IMG/VR virus record: IMGVR_UViG_3300037471_001740
Span: 18,940-82,939 of that record
DNA from: a virus
Lineage: Duplodnaviria; Caudoviricetes
Direction: 5' to 3' (one strand)
Length of the DNA: 64,000 nt
Of the stretch, positions 27,654-37,251 are shown one piece after another. Positions within the stretch are counted from its first letter, which is position 1. Each line of letters begins with the position of its first letter. Position numbers and translations under genes: made by a program. Below the pieces are notes generated by a model. That model saw nothing but the letters and a program-made list of their open reading frames with translations, was not told the DNA's origin and did no database searches.

Positions 27654-28472
27654 TCAGGCTCCGATCCCTGTGTATTCGATGATGCAACTCGCGTAGTACT
27701 TCGGGCGGATGTCGACTGCCGCGCCGGTCCCGGTATTCTGGAGCGTGATCCCGGTGGCTGCCGCCTGATTCGTCACGCCTGTGGCGGCTGATCCAATCGT
27801 GATGCCGATTCCCGCAGCTTGCGTCAGAGAAGTCTGAGACATAGCAGCGGGACCAGAGGCGCCTGACGCAAATCCCCCCGACGGCGGACTGACCCAGAAT
27901 CCGTTGCCCTGTGACGCATGAGCATGTCCCGGATCTGAATATCCATGAGAGTGCCCGGGATCGCTATGCGCATGGTTGTGAGTAGGGTCATTGACAACGT
28001 GACTGTGAGCCGGAAGCTGCGCGACGGAGAGCGTTACGGAATCGTTACCGCCGGTAGCGCCGGGCGCATAAGTCGTGCCGTCCGCACCGACGATAAACCG
28101 CAAGCGGCAATCAGCAGTGCCGTTCGTGCCGTCTGCGAGCTGCCATCCTGGTCCCCAGACACTCGCGATATTCGCAATCGCGCCGTGCCACATGCGCTGC
28201 TCGCCGACCTTGTAGGCAAGCGCGCGCACCTGCGCACCCGTCAGCACATCCTTGCTCGTGCTCGACGTGTCGCCGTTGGCGATATTCGTGATCTTCTGCG
28301 CGTTGAAATCGACCGTCGCCGTCGGCTTAACCGAGCCCGTATAGATCTGCTTGATAAACGCGCCGAGCGCCTGCAGATAGCCGTTCGCATTCGGGCCGAC
28401 GGTCTCCGAGCCTTGCGGAGAGTTGTTGTTTGGATTGACGTCGAGGTCGTTAATGCTGCTCGGGATCGGCAT
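27654..28472 (-). CDS. Short tail fibre/collar-domain protein
   Basis: GWQLADGTNGTADCRLRFIVG collar-like motif, repeated HxH motifs. Confidence 0.7.
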   Translation of the reverse strand: MPIPSSINDLDVNPNNNSPQGSETVGPNANGYLQALGAFIKQIYTGSVKPTATVDFNAQKITNIANGDTSSTSKDVLTGAQVRALAYKVGEQRMWHGAIANIASVWGPGWQLADGTNGTADCRLRFIVGADGTTYAPGATGGNDSVTLSVAQLPAHSHVVNDPTHNHAHSDPGHSHGYSDPGHAHASQGNGFWVSPPSGGFASGASGPAAMSQTSLTQAAGIGITIGSAATGVTNQAAATGITLQNTGTGAAVDIRPKYYASCIIEYTGIGA

Positions 28473-28482
28473 GTGATCACCC

Positions 28483-28509
28483 AATAAAAAAGCCACCCGA
28501 AGGTGGCTT
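28483..28509 (-). terminator. Terminator after lysis cassette
   Basis: AAGCCACC/GGTGGCTT stem plus U tract. Confidence 0.75.
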
Positions 28510-28531
28510 GTTGATGCTTATGAGTTCGGCG

Positions 28532-29104
28532 TTACTGCGTGCTGCAGTTGCCCTCAATCAGTCCGCGCTGCTGGAGGATGCAGACGTACCGCTGGAGGTA
28601 TTCGGCCTTTGCGCGGGCGTCGTTGTCGGCGTCGTCGACGATGGAGAAAAGAGCGAGTCCAAACGGTCGTGATAGCTCGGCTGTGCCACCGGCACCATCG
28701 CCCACGCTGCCGGCGCCGGGGCCGGTACCGGCTTCGTTGCCACTGGCTGGACGGAAGTTGGACACTGCGATGCGCAGCCGGCGAGTGCCGTCAGCGATAG
28801 CAGCACGATTGCGAGCGTTGTCGGCTTCATGAGCTTCTTTCTCCTGCGTCAGTTGCTGATCCATCGCGGCAATCTTCCCTTCCGCGACCGTGTGCGCATC
28901 GATAGCGCGTTGCTCCGCGTCGAGCGCGGCCTTCGAAATCGCATTGAGATCGTTGGCGTGCTGCTCGTCGTCATGCGCGCGCGCCGCCCGTTCGTTCGCA
29001 AGCTGCGCGCCGAGGATCTTTGCTTCGATCTCATAGCCAAGCGCGCCGCCGATGGCTGCTGCAAGCAGATACGGCCACGCCAGTTTCAGGAATGCGAGCA
29101 TCAT
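28532..29104 (-). CDS. Rz-like inner-membrane spanin
   Basis: N-terminal TM, coiled coil, GTRRLRIAV motif, follows endolysin. Confidence 0.85.
   Translation of the reverse strand: MMLAFLKLAWPYLLAAAIGGALGYEIEAKILGAQLANERAARAHDDEQHANDLNAISKAALDAEQRAIDAHTVAEGKIAAMDQQLTQEKEAHEADNARNRAAIADGTRRLRIAVSNFRPASGNEAGTGPGAGSVGDGAGGTAELSRPFGLALFSIVDDADNDARAKAEYLQRYVCILQQRGLIEGNCSTQ
28558..28830 (-). CDS. Rz1-like outer-membrane spanin embedded in Rz
   Basis: Lipobox LAGC, Pro-rich, different frame fully inside Rz. Confidence 0.8.
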   Translation of the reverse strand: MKPTTLAIVLLSLTALAGCASQCPTSVQPVATKPVPAPAPAAWAMVPVAQPSYHDRLDSLFSPSSTTPTTTPAQRPNTSSGTSASSSSAD

Positions 29105-29619
29105 CGTTCTCCCAGGCAAGTGGCGCGTTCGAGTTGGCGCCGCTTATAGATTCCGCCGCAGCGGTTGGATGCGATCGCGCAGTCGCGGCCGCCGGCGAAA
29201 CGCCAACGCAGGAACTGCTCGCACGCGAGCGGAAACTGGCGCCGCGCATACATTGCGCGCAGCGTCGAGCCCTTGTAGTTCGCAATGCCTGCGTTGTAGG
29301 CTAGATCGATCGCCGCGACCTTCTGGCCATCAGTCAGACCGTCGAACCCGGGCGTCGCGTCGCGTACGGCCTGCGCATAGCCTGCGAGGCTTCCGGCCAA
29401 CATCTCTTTGCACTCAGGAAGCGTGTAGGCGCGCATGTCCGCGTTGGTGTCGCCAAAGCAGACGGTCTCGACGTTCCCAGCGAGCCGATCGCTATACGGA
29501 GTGAGCGAAACGCCCTCCTGCCCCGACGTCAGACTGATCAGCGCCGCGGCTGCAGTCGCACCGATCGACGCGATAAGCGCGGCACGACCGCGCGGCCTAC
29601 TGTTTTGCGGCGTCGGCAT
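29101..29619 (-). CDS. Lysozyme-type (GH24) SAR endolysin
   Basis: Gly/Ala-rich N-terminal anchor then E-X8-D..T; AYNAG; RRQLER. Confidence 0.88.
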   Translation of the reverse strand: MPTPQNSRPRGRAALIASIGATAAAALISLTSGQEGVSLTPYSDRLAGNVETVCFGDTNADMRAYTLPECKEMLAGSLAGYAQAVRDATPGFDGLTDGQKVAAIDLAYNAGIANYKGSTLRAMYARRQFPLACEQFLRWRFAGGRDCAIASNRCGGIYKRRQLERATCLGER

Positions 29620-29863
29620 TCGTCGTCTCGCTTGTCGGCGCGGCAGTCGTCACATGGCGGGCCGCGATGATTGCCGCGAAGATGATCACGAGCGGCATCG
29701 CGGCACCAAGCTTTGCCGGCAGCATGCTCTTCAGCGTGTCTGGCACGACGTTCCATGCGTCCAGTGCCGGGCCTGCCGTTGCAATCGCAGCGCCAATTGC
29801 GGCGAGCCGCGTCGAACTGTATTTCCAGACGTTCTTCCAGTCGTCGACGAGTCTGATACTCAC
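29597..29863 (-). CDS. Holin
   Basis: GTG start (GTGA overlap), two TM segments, precedes endolysin. Confidence 0.7.
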   Translation of the reverse strand: MSIRLVDDWKNVWKYSSTRLAAIGAAIATAGPALDAWNVVPDTLKSMLPAKLGAAMPLVIIFAAIIAARHVTTAAPTSETTNADAAKQ

Positions 29864-30189
29864 GATGTCACCTTTGTCTTGATGGCCTGCCAACTGGCCC
29901 ATGCGAGAAAAACAATCAGCGCCCATGCGCCGCCCTTGATCAGATGTCCGCTGAGATCGCGGTAGAACTGCGCGCGTGCCTCCATGCGCCTGATTACCGC
30001 CTCGTGATAGCGCCGGTGCCCGTCCCAGTCCCCATCAGGAAATGCCCTCCTGAGGTCATCGACGCCGCGGAGCAGTTCGACGACCTTTGCGTCTGTAACT
30101 GCCTGCGCCGTGATGTTTTCGCCGTGCCGCTGATCAAGATCGGACTTCAGCCCGTTGATCGCGGCGATTACCTGTTGATGGGCGTCCAT
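29860..30189 (-). CDS. Membrane protein of lysis cassette (holin-like or accessory)
   Basis: Coiled coil plus C-terminal TM. Confidence 0.55.
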   Translation of the reverse strand: MDAHQQVIAAINGLKSDLDQRHGENITAQAVTDAKVVELLRGVDDLRRAFPDGDWDGHRRYHEAVIRRMEARAQFYRDLSGHLIKGGAWALIVFLAWASWQAIKTKVTS

Positions 30190-30200
30190 CGGTTCCCCGG

Positions 30201-30229
30201 AAAATAAAAAAGCCGCTCGATGGCGGCTT
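30201..30229 (-). terminator. Terminator after ejection genes
   Basis: AAGCCGC/GCGGCTT stem plus U tract. Confidence 0.7.
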
Positions 30230-30273
30230 GGTCTGATTCGGCTACAATCCCCGCACTAACCCGGGGTCTGCTC

Positions 30274-30474
30274 ATGTACGAACAGATTATTCAGCTTGGA
30301 TTGATAAAACTTGGTGTCGCAATTTTCCTAGGGCTGTGCGCCGGAATTTACGACCTGACCAAGAAGCCCACCCAACACGGCTGGACGGCCATAGTTAAGG
30401 AGCCCTTGTACGAGAGGGCCTGGAAGCGCCTGACCGGCCGGCGCGGCAGCACGAGCATCGAGGTACGGGAGTAG
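30274..30474 (+). CDS. Small membrane protein (antisense moron)
   Basis: 66 aa, one TM segment, AT-richer 5' end. Confidence 0.45.
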   Translation: MYEQIIQLGLIKLGVAIFLGLCAGIYDLTKKPTQHGWTAIVKEPLYERAWKRLTGRRGSTSIEVRE

Positions 30475-32415
30475 CGTATCCGGATTGAGCAGGTAATCGC
30501 CCAGGCGCTGTTGCAACCTGTCTCCGACCATCTGCCCGACCTTTTTGCCGCCAGCGAAGATGCCGCCCGCCGCAAGAGGGTGTCCAGCGAGTAGCGCAGC
30601 AGCGGCAGCGCCCGTTTTGCCTATCCCAGTCGCCCCGCTGAAGTCAGGCCCGAAAAGGTTTCGCGCGAGCCACCCCTGAGCAGCGAGGTTGTAGCCCGTA
30701 TCCGATCCAGGCGAGCGCATCGAGTTCGAAATCGTCGCTCGCTGCAGATCACGTCCGATATTCTCCAGCCCCTGTTGTGCGCCTGGCTCAATGCCGAATT
30801 CCTGACTCCGCAGCGCACGCGCCAATGCCGGCGCATACGATTGAGCCGTAAGGATTGGCTGCTGATTGACGTTCGCCGAACGACCCAGACCCGACATCTG
30901 CTCCGAAAGCTGCTGCGCTGCCTGCATCGAATTGATTGGAGGCGAATTCGCGGCGTAAGCCTGCCTGGCATGCGCGTAATCTGGCGAAGCGTTATCAAGC
31001 CAGTTCAAGAAATCGGTTTGCGCCGTGTTAATGGCGTTGCGCTCGGAAGGTCCAAGCCGCGTGTTTTCGCGCGCACTCTGCTGCAGATCGTCGAGTCCGA
31101 GCTTCAGATAATGCAGGACATCGCCCGACACCTGCGCCGGCTGCCCGGGCATAGCCGGCCGAATCTGGACCTGCTGGAAAAGCGGCTGTCCGTTGAAACC
31201 GATGCCGCCTGTCTGAACGTTCGCATGCTGCGCCGGTTGAGCCTGCACGGCAGGAATGATCCCCTGATTTCCCTCGTTGCGTGCGATAGTCAAGCCGCGG
31301 TTCAGCGCGTCCTGCATGGCCGGCCGATTCATCAACGCTTCGATCGTGGGGTCGACCGTGTAATTCTGGGCTCGAGCGGTCTGATACGCAGGACCGGCAG
31401 CAGCCTCTCGGGCCGCAACCGCCGCATCCAGATCGGCAGGAGTACGGGCAATCGCGTTCAGCGCGGCCCACCGAGCATTGTTGTTATCCAGCCCACGCTG
31501 CTCGAAGGCACCGCGGATCGACGGCACATTTGCTGCAGCCTTTTCGGTTTGCAGAAGCAATGGGCTGCCCGCGACTTGCGCAGTGGTCGGCAGCGAGTCC
31601 TGGACGTATTGCGGCGCATTCCGAATATTAGCGGCCGCTGCTGCTGCGTCTTGAGGGGAAAGCGCATCGCCGATCCCTTGACCGACGAACCGGCCGGGTC
31701 GCAGGACCGGATTCAGCACGCCGCCTAACGAGTTGAGGCCAGCACGGGCGCCAGCGAACCCGGCTGGCAGCGCACCACCTAGCGCTGTCCCGATTCCCGT
31801 TTGGAGCATCTTTTGCTGTGCATACGACAGGTCTGAGTTGCCAGTGGTCGGCATCATGGCCGCGCCCAGCCCTCCTTGTGCCGCGCCGATACCGATCTTT
31901 GCCGGGAGCGAAGCAGCCGCGAACTCAGGCCCGATCATCATAGCTGGGGCGGTACCCACAGCATTTCCGGCGATGCGCGCCCAATCGATTCCGGGGGCAG
32001 CCTTTTGCCCAGTGATCAGGCCAGAGAGGTTTTGCGGTTGCCGAGCCGCCCTGGCCTGTTCGTATGACGCATTCTGCTGGTCGATAGCCTGCTGCATCTG
32101 CGGCAACGCCGCGCGGGCGTCCTTCGCGAATTGAGAGTCAGGCGCGACCTTGTCTGCGAGCCACGACAGACCATGCACGATACCCTGAGTCGTGCCCTTT
32201 GCTACGTCGCCCACGCCCATCAGAAATCCATTGACCGGCGCCGGTTGGTTGGACGACGTAGGGGCGGCACCGGGTGCCGCTGCAGGCGCGGCAGCGACAG
32301 GCGCTGACGCCGCTGGTTGCGTGCCAGCACCGAGCCATGCGTCCACGGGATCAACGGTCGTCGTCTTCGACGGCGTACCCATGCCGGTTCCGAGCCAATC
32401 ATCAACAGCCGTCAT
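30328..32415 (-). CDS. Internal virion/DNA ejection protein
   Basis: Gly/Ala-rich, ~695 aa, ATGA overlap sets start at 32415. Confidence 0.75.
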   Translation of the reverse strand: MTAVDDWLGTGMGTPSKTTTVDPVDAWLGAGTQPAASAPVAAAPAAAPGAAPTSSNQPAPVNGFLMGVGDVAKGTTQGIVHGLSWLADKVAPDSQFAKDARAALPQMQQAIDQQNASYEQARAARQPQNLSGLITGQKAAPGIDWARIAGNAVGTAPAMMIGPEFAAASLPAKIGIGAAQGGLGAAMMPTTGNSDLSYAQQKMLQTGIGTALGGALPAGFAGARAGLNSLGGVLNPVLRPGRFVGQGIGDALSPQDAAAAAANIRNAPQYVQDSLPTTAQVAGSPLLLQTEKAAANVPSIRGAFEQRGLDNNNARWAALNAIARTPADLDAAVAAREAAAGPAYQTARAQNYTVDPTIEALMNRPAMQDALNRGLTIARNEGNQGIIPAVQAQPAQHANVQTGGIGFNGQPLFQQVQIRPAMPGQPAQVSGDVLHYLKLGLDDLQQSARENTRLGPSERNAINTAQTDFLNWLDNASPDYAHARQAYAANSPPINSMQAAQQLSEQMSGLGRSANVNQQPILTAQSYAPALARALRSQEFGIEPGAQQGLENIGRDLQRATISNSMRSPGSDTGYNLAAQGWLARNLFGPDFSGATGIGKTGAAAAALLAGHPLAAGGIFAGGKKVGQMVGDRLQQRLGDYLLNPDTLLPYLDARAAAPAGQALPGPLVQGLLNYGRPAVLGGLLGQVVNSGAQP

Positions 32416-34481
32416 TGCACCCATCCATTCTGAAGAGCGGTCGCGGTCTTCGCGCGCAGCGCTGACGCATCCGGCTGTTGCTTGAGAAACGCTTGACGAT
32501 CGGTCGGCGACATCTGCTGCATCTGATAGACGCGTGGATCGTAGTTCTGGCGCCACATGCTTTCGAACTTGTTGAAGCCAGCCGGGTTGTTGCCGTTCTG
32601 CGCCAGCCATTGATCAGCAGCGTTCGTCTTCGCCTGCAGCGCGAGTTCCTGCGCCTTCAGCTTCGGAATCACTTCGACCATCGCCTTATTGAGCATGTCC
32701 GGGTTAGGCGTGCCCTTGAGGACCGTCGCCAATTGCGCATCCGTGCCCGTGCCGCCGAGCGCCTTCTGATACTGCTGCGCGAGGTTCGACATGTACTTTT
32801 GCAGGATCTGCGCGTTGGCCGTGTCATCCCCGCCGAGCTGCATACCGGGCGGCAGGAAACTGTTCAGATTCGCGATGCGGTCCAGGCGTTGATCCCAGCC
32901 AGGGCCGAATTTCGTTGTGCCCTGCGCGAGCGCCATCATATTGTCGAGTGTGTTGAGGCGGTCTCCCGATGTCGACGCGAGGTTACGAAGGTTGCTGTAC
33001 GCCGCGGCGTTATCCTTCGCCATACCTTCAGCGCCCTGCGCGTATCCCGGAGGCGCAGCGGCAGCCATCGGACCGCCTTGCGGAGCCGTGGCTTGTGGAG
33101 CAGGTGACTGCTGCTGACCACGACCGTTCATCGCCGTGAGAAGCGAAACTTTGCCGAGGTAGTTGCGCGTTTCCTGCGGAAGAGTTTCAAACTGGCCGCC
33201 GCTCTGTAGCCAGTTGTCCGTAGCACCCGGGCCCATGTTGTACGCAACCGAGGCAAGCGTGGGATTGCCGTAGCGCTGCAACATCGCGCCGTAGTAATCG
33301 CGCCCGACACGATCGAGCTCCGCACGCGAATTGTTCGCCGCCGGTTGAACGCCGAAGCCCGGATTCATCTGCGTGTTAGGCATCACCTGCCAAGCACCTT
33401 GGGCGCCCCTCGGCGACACTGCGTTGGGATTGCCGTTGCTCTCCGTCTGCACAATCGCGCGCTGGTCCGGCGTCGTCGCACCAGCCACGCCGCCCTCAGC
33501 GGCTGCGGCGATATTCGTCGTGGGCTGATACTCCATCTGGCCGGTTTGCGGGTTCCAAACCTCTTTCAGGTTGAATCCCGCCGGGCCGGATGCCTGAGCG
33601 CGGGATTGCGCTGCCGTCACGCCTGCAGCGCCGGCCATCGGCGCAACGCCCACGAAATTCCCCTGCGCATCGGTGACAGGAACGGCGCCCTTCGGCACGT
33701 CCGGATTCCATGTGCGCGTGCCGTCCGGGCTGATCGTCCAGCCACCCGGGCGGCCTTCCGTCGGCGCGATGTAACCGGCTTTCTTAATGACGCTATTCAG
33801 CGCAGCGGTGTATTCGGGCGAACCTTGCTTATATCCTGCAGCGATGAGTTGCTTCTGGATGTCGGTCGGCGCGTACTGCGACATCGCGTTTTCGAGGAGC
33901 TTGTTCGGATCGCGCAGCAGCCCGAGTCCAATCAGGCCATCCGGCAGGTTGCCGAAGATCGGATCAGGCGCGCGCGGGCCGGTTTGCGGCGTCATTTGCG
34001 GCTGTTGGCTTGCCGTCGGCGCGCCTTGCTGGAAGGTCGCGGGCTGAGCCATTTGCGGCGCGGCACCCCCCATTGGGACTGGATACGACTGTACGCCCGC
34101 CCCGGATGCATCAGAGCCGGACGCCACACCACCCGCATCCGTTGCACCAGCGGGCGCCTGCGGAACAGACCCGACACCCTGCGGACCGACGCCAGCGCGA
34201 TTCAAGTAGTTCTTTGCCGCGTCGAAGAACAGCTTGTTGTTCTGCAGCTGATAGCCAAGCTGCTGCAACTGCGCGTTCTGAAGTTGCTGTTGCATCTGCA
34301 ACTGCTTCGATTGCTGGTATTGCGCAAGGCCATCCAAGCCGCCCTGACCGACAGCCGCGAGCCCCGAATTCAGTCCGCGATTGCGCGCCAGAATGCCAAG
34401 CCCAGCGGCAAGCAGACCATCTGCGGCAGGTTGAGCCTGCGGCGTTTGCGCCCACTGCGTGAAATTATCCAGGAGACCCAT
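32412..34481 (-). CDS. Ejection protein with lytic transglycosylase (SLT) domain
   Basis: IVQTESNGNPNAVSPRGAQGAWQVMP...AYNMGPG. Confidence 0.85.
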   Translation of the reverse strand: MGLLDNFTQWAQTPQAQPAADGLLAAGLGILARNRGLNSGLAAVGQGGLDGLAQYQQSKQLQMQQQLQNAQLQQLGYQLQNNKLFFDAAKNYLNRAGVGPQGVGSVPQAPAGATDAGGVASGSDASGAGVQSYPVPMGGAAPQMAQPATFQQGAPTASQQPQMTPQTGPRAPDPIFGNLPDGLIGLGLLRDPNKLLENAMSQYAPTDIQKQLIAAGYKQGSPEYTAALNSVIKKAGYIAPTEGRPGGWTISPDGTRTWNPDVPKGAVPVTDAQGNFVGVAPMAGAAGVTAAQSRAQASGPAGFNLKEVWNPQTGQMEYQPTTNIAAAAEGGVAGATTPDQRAIVQTESNGNPNAVSPRGAQGAWQVMPNTQMNPGFGVQPAANNSRAELDRVGRDYYGAMLQRYGNPTLASVAYNMGPGATDNWLQSGGQFETLPQETRNYLGKVSLLTAMNGRGQQQSPAPQATAPQGGPMAAAAPPGYAQGAEGMAKDNAAAYSNLRNLASTSGDRLNTLDNMMALAQGTTKFGPGWDQRLDRIANLNSFLPPGMQLGGDDTANAQILQKYMSNLAQQYQKALGGTGTDAQLATVLKGTPNPDMLNKAMVEVIPKLKAQELALQAKTNAADQWLAQNGNNPAGFNKFESMWRQNYDPRVYQMQQMSPTDRQAFLKQQPDASALRAKTATALQNGWVQ

Positions 34482-34483
34482 GT

Positions 34484-35512
34484 TTAACCTTGATTGAAGC
34501 CCGACGGGTTCGACTGAGCGGCTTTGATGATCTGCTGAAGAAGCGAATCAGCGCTGCCACTGCTGAGCGTGTACGGAAGCGTGATGCCAGATTGAGGAAC
34601 GAAGCTGACGTTGCCGGCGCGGTACGGTGCGCGCGCGCCATTCTGCGGCTGCCAGCCCGTGTTCTGACGCTGCTGGCCGTTCTGTTGCTGTTGCAACTGT
34701 TGTTGCCCTTGGCTGAGCAGATTCTGGAGCATGCTTCCGTAACCGCCCATCGATGCGCCGCCGATATTCGAAAGCCCTGCCGTCTCACCGGACAAGCCGC
34801 CGCCCAACGCGCCGCTTGACGTGCCAGTCATGCCGCCGCCGGGAAGCAGCCCGCTAAAGAGGCCAGTCGGCGAAGAACCGAGCGCGCCGCCGAGATCGCC
34901 ACCCATCGCAGTGCCTAGCCCGGAACCGCCGGCAGATACAGTGCCCGTCAGGCCAGCATCGCCGAATGCAGCGGGACCGCCGAGAAAGCCAGACACGCCT
35001 GTCGCGCCAGCGCCACCGAGTCCGCCCGCGCCAGCGCCAGCAGCATCCGCGCCGCCGATTCCGAACAGGCTAGACAGACCACCACCAGCGCCACCAGCTG
35101 CGCCCGCAGCATCAGCAGCGCCGAGACCTGCGCCCGCGCCAGCACCCGCACCGCCAGCGGCCCCGCCCTCCGCGCCACCCAATGCACCGCCGAGCGCGCC
35201 GCCCGTGAATGCCGAGCCGATCGCAAGTCCGATCGCATCGCCAGGTTTCGCAGCAGCGAGATTGCCGATGTTGTTCACGATCGGGATCTTGCGGAGGGGA
35301 TTCACCTGCTGATCAAACGTGTTCAGAGGTTTAGCTATCGGCTCGAGAACCTGATTCGTCGCCTTCGGGATGTCTTTCGACGTCCAGTCCGCCCACTTTC
35401 CGCCAGTGATCCACGAAAGCGGGTCCGTCCATTTCTGGATCGGCTCCGCGATCTTGCCGACGGGCGAATCCTGGTTGTCTGTGCTGAGAGCGCCGCCAAA
35501 TGCACCTGACAT
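34484..35512 (-). CDS. Gly-rich internal virion protein
   Basis: Long Gly/Ala tract, synteny. Confidence 0.65.
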   Translation of the reverse strand: MSGAFGGALSTDNQDSPVGKIAEPIQKWTDPLSWITGGKWADWTSKDIPKATNQVLEPIAKPLNTFDQQVNPLRKIPIVNNIGNLAAAKPGDAIGLAIGSAFTGGALGGALGGAEGGAAGGAGAGAGAGLGAADAAGAAGGAGGGLSSLFGIGGADAAGAGAGGLGGAGATGVSGFLGGPAAFGDAGLTGTVSAGGSGLGTAMGGDLGGALGSSPTGLFSGLLPGGGMTGTSSGALGGGLSGETAGLSNIGGASMGGYGSMLQNLLSQGQQQLQQQQNGQQRQNTGWQPQNGARAPYRAGNVSFVPQSGITLPYTLSSGSADSLLQQIIKAAQSNPSGFNQG

Positions 35513-35521
35513 CGCGCCTCC

Positions 35522-36514
35522 TTAGCCGAACATCTTCAGCAAGCCACCGCCAAGCGCCAACCCGCCGCCGAGCAGCCCTGCGGCATTCGATCCGCCGCTT
35601 TGCGTCGACGTCGTGATGCCCTGCGAGCCGTTGCCAAGAGCACCCTGAAGCGCACTTTGCAGCACGCCCAATTGCTGGTACGGCGAATACGCCTGGTTGT
35701 ACCACTGCTGATAGGCGCCGCTCAGCTGATTCTGGTCCGTCTGCTGCTGCGTCTGGCCTGCGCCGAGCTGCTGCTGATAGCCGTAGTAGCCAGCCTGATT
35801 CAGGCCCGGCGCGAGGCTCGCCGCGTTCAGTGCATTTCCCTGCGCATTCTGGTAGTTCTGGCTATTCAGCGCGTTCTGCGCTTGCGTCGCGTTCAGGTTG
35901 TTCGACTGGTTCGCGAGGTTCGTCTGCGTGTTGAGCGCAGCCTGTTGACCAGCCGCCTGCTGCGTGTTCGCGTACGCGTTGCCACGCAGTTGCGACTCGA
36001 CATTCGTCAGGTCGTTAGCGAGATTCGTGTTCTGCTGATCCTGATACTGCTGCATCGCCGAGCCGCCGAACGCGCCAGCATTGCGGAACTGCGCCATCGT
36101 CTGAGCCGCAGTGCCGTTCTTATACTGGTTCGTCAGATCCGTTTGCGCCTTGTTGACCTGCGCGTCGAGATACGGATTCTCCATCGTCGCATATGGATTC
36201 TGCGACGCCTGCACATTCTGGCCGATGTACTGGTTCGACGTTTGATATGGGGTGCTTGCGTTATTCACCGCGCCCTGCACGGCAGAATTCGCAGCGTTCA
36301 ACGTCGGATTCTGCTGGCCTGCGAGATTGTTGATTCCGTTGATCGCGCTTTGCTGGCCACCAGTGAGCCCGGCGACGAGCTGACCGCCGTATTGCGGCAT
36401 CTGCTGGTTGGAAAGATCGGCACCACGCGTCAGGATCTGCTGCGCATAAGGCTGTGCGTATCCCGGGAGTTCTGTGGTCTGAGTTTGCGAACCACCGCCG
36501 CCGCCACCGCTCAT
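35522..36514 (-). CDS. Gln/Asn-rich ejection protein
   Basis: MSGGGGGGSQTQTT start (ATGA overlap), Q/N-rich, C-terminal GLLGGGL. Confidence 0.7.
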   Translation of the reverse strand: MSGGGGGGSQTQTTELPGYAQPYAQQILTRGADLSNQQMPQYGGQLVAGLTGGQQSAINGINNLAGQQNPTLNAANSAVQGAVNNASTPYQTSNQYIGQNVQASQNPYATMENPYLDAQVNKAQTDLTNQYKNGTAAQTMAQFRNAGAFGGSAMQQYQDQQNTNLANDLTNVESQLRGNAYANTQQAAGQQAALNTQTNLANQSNNLNATQAQNALNSQNYQNAQGNALNAASLAPGLNQAGYYGYQQQLGAGQTQQQTDQNQLSGAYQQWYNQAYSPYQQLGVLQSALQGALGNGSQGITTSTQSGGSNAAGLLGGGLALGGGLLKMFG

Positions 36515-36927
36515 GATTTGATTTTCCTTTGATAGACAGTTTCGCGAACGGAGAAGCTGTATTTCGGAGCGGTCTTGGACCAACCGCGCCGCGTTGTGCT
36601 GAAGGTGACGGTTCGGGCGTTGATGATGCGTGCGATGTTGTCGAGTTCGTCGCTGAACTCGGCCATTACGTCGACATCCGATCGCGCGTGAAGCAGCCAG
36701 ATATGCAGCCGCGTGCCGTCGAAGTCGTTAATCTGTCTGAGCACGACGAAGCCAACCTCTTCGTCATCGATCACGACGAGATAGAGCGTCGCGCCGCCCT
36801 GCCTGAGCGTGCAGTACACGTCCTCGACAATCCAGCCGTCGGGCGATTCGATCGACGCCATGCCGGCGCGCAGGCGCGGCCATACCGCGCCGACTTCCAT
36901 CGGCGCTACGGGTTTGAGTGCTCGCAT
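36511..36927 (-). CDS. GNAT-like virion morphogenesis protein
   Basis: 138 aa; position typical of P22-like tail modules. Confidence 0.55.
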   Translation of the reverse strand: MRALKPVAPMEVGAVWPRLRAGMASIESPDGWIVEDVYCTLRQGGATLYLVVIDDEEVGFVVLRQINDFDGTRLHIWLLHARSDVDVMAEFSDELDNIARIINARTVTFSTTRRGWSKTAPKYSFSVRETVYQRKIKS

Positions 36928-36930
36928 TGA

Positions 36931-37251
36931 TCAGTTACCGGTGAGAGATCGGCATTGAACCCACGTCCCCGGCGTTCCCGCCGCGACGCATATCCAGCCT
37001 GTGATGACGTATTTCGAGCCAGCCGAACCCAGTTCGGTGACTGCGCTGTTGCGGATGAAATCGCTCTGCTGATAAGTGCCAGCCGTTGGGGCACCAGTAC
37101 TCGCGTTCGTTGTCGCAGACACGTGGCCTTCGCTCAGGTTGTTGAGCTGATCGGCGATGTTTCCCAGGATCTGCTTGACCTTGAAAACGAGATCGGAGCC
37201 GAACCTGTCATTAGTTGGCGCTTGAGGTAGCTGTGGTTTCTGGATCCTCAT
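36931..37251 (-). CDS. Hypothetical virion protein
   Basis: 106 aa, GWICVAAGTPGTW motif. Confidence 0.6.
   Translation of the reverse strand: MRIQKPQLPQAPTNDRFGSDLVFKVKQILGNIADQLNNLSEGHVSATTNASTGAPTAGTYQQSDFIRNSAVTELGSAGSKYVITGWICVAAGTPGTWVQCRSLTGN

Noticed and set aside
32416-32610. Extended N-terminus of the 760-aa ORF
   Set aside because: It overlaps the upstream gene; the ATGA junction at 32412-32415 gives the likelier start.
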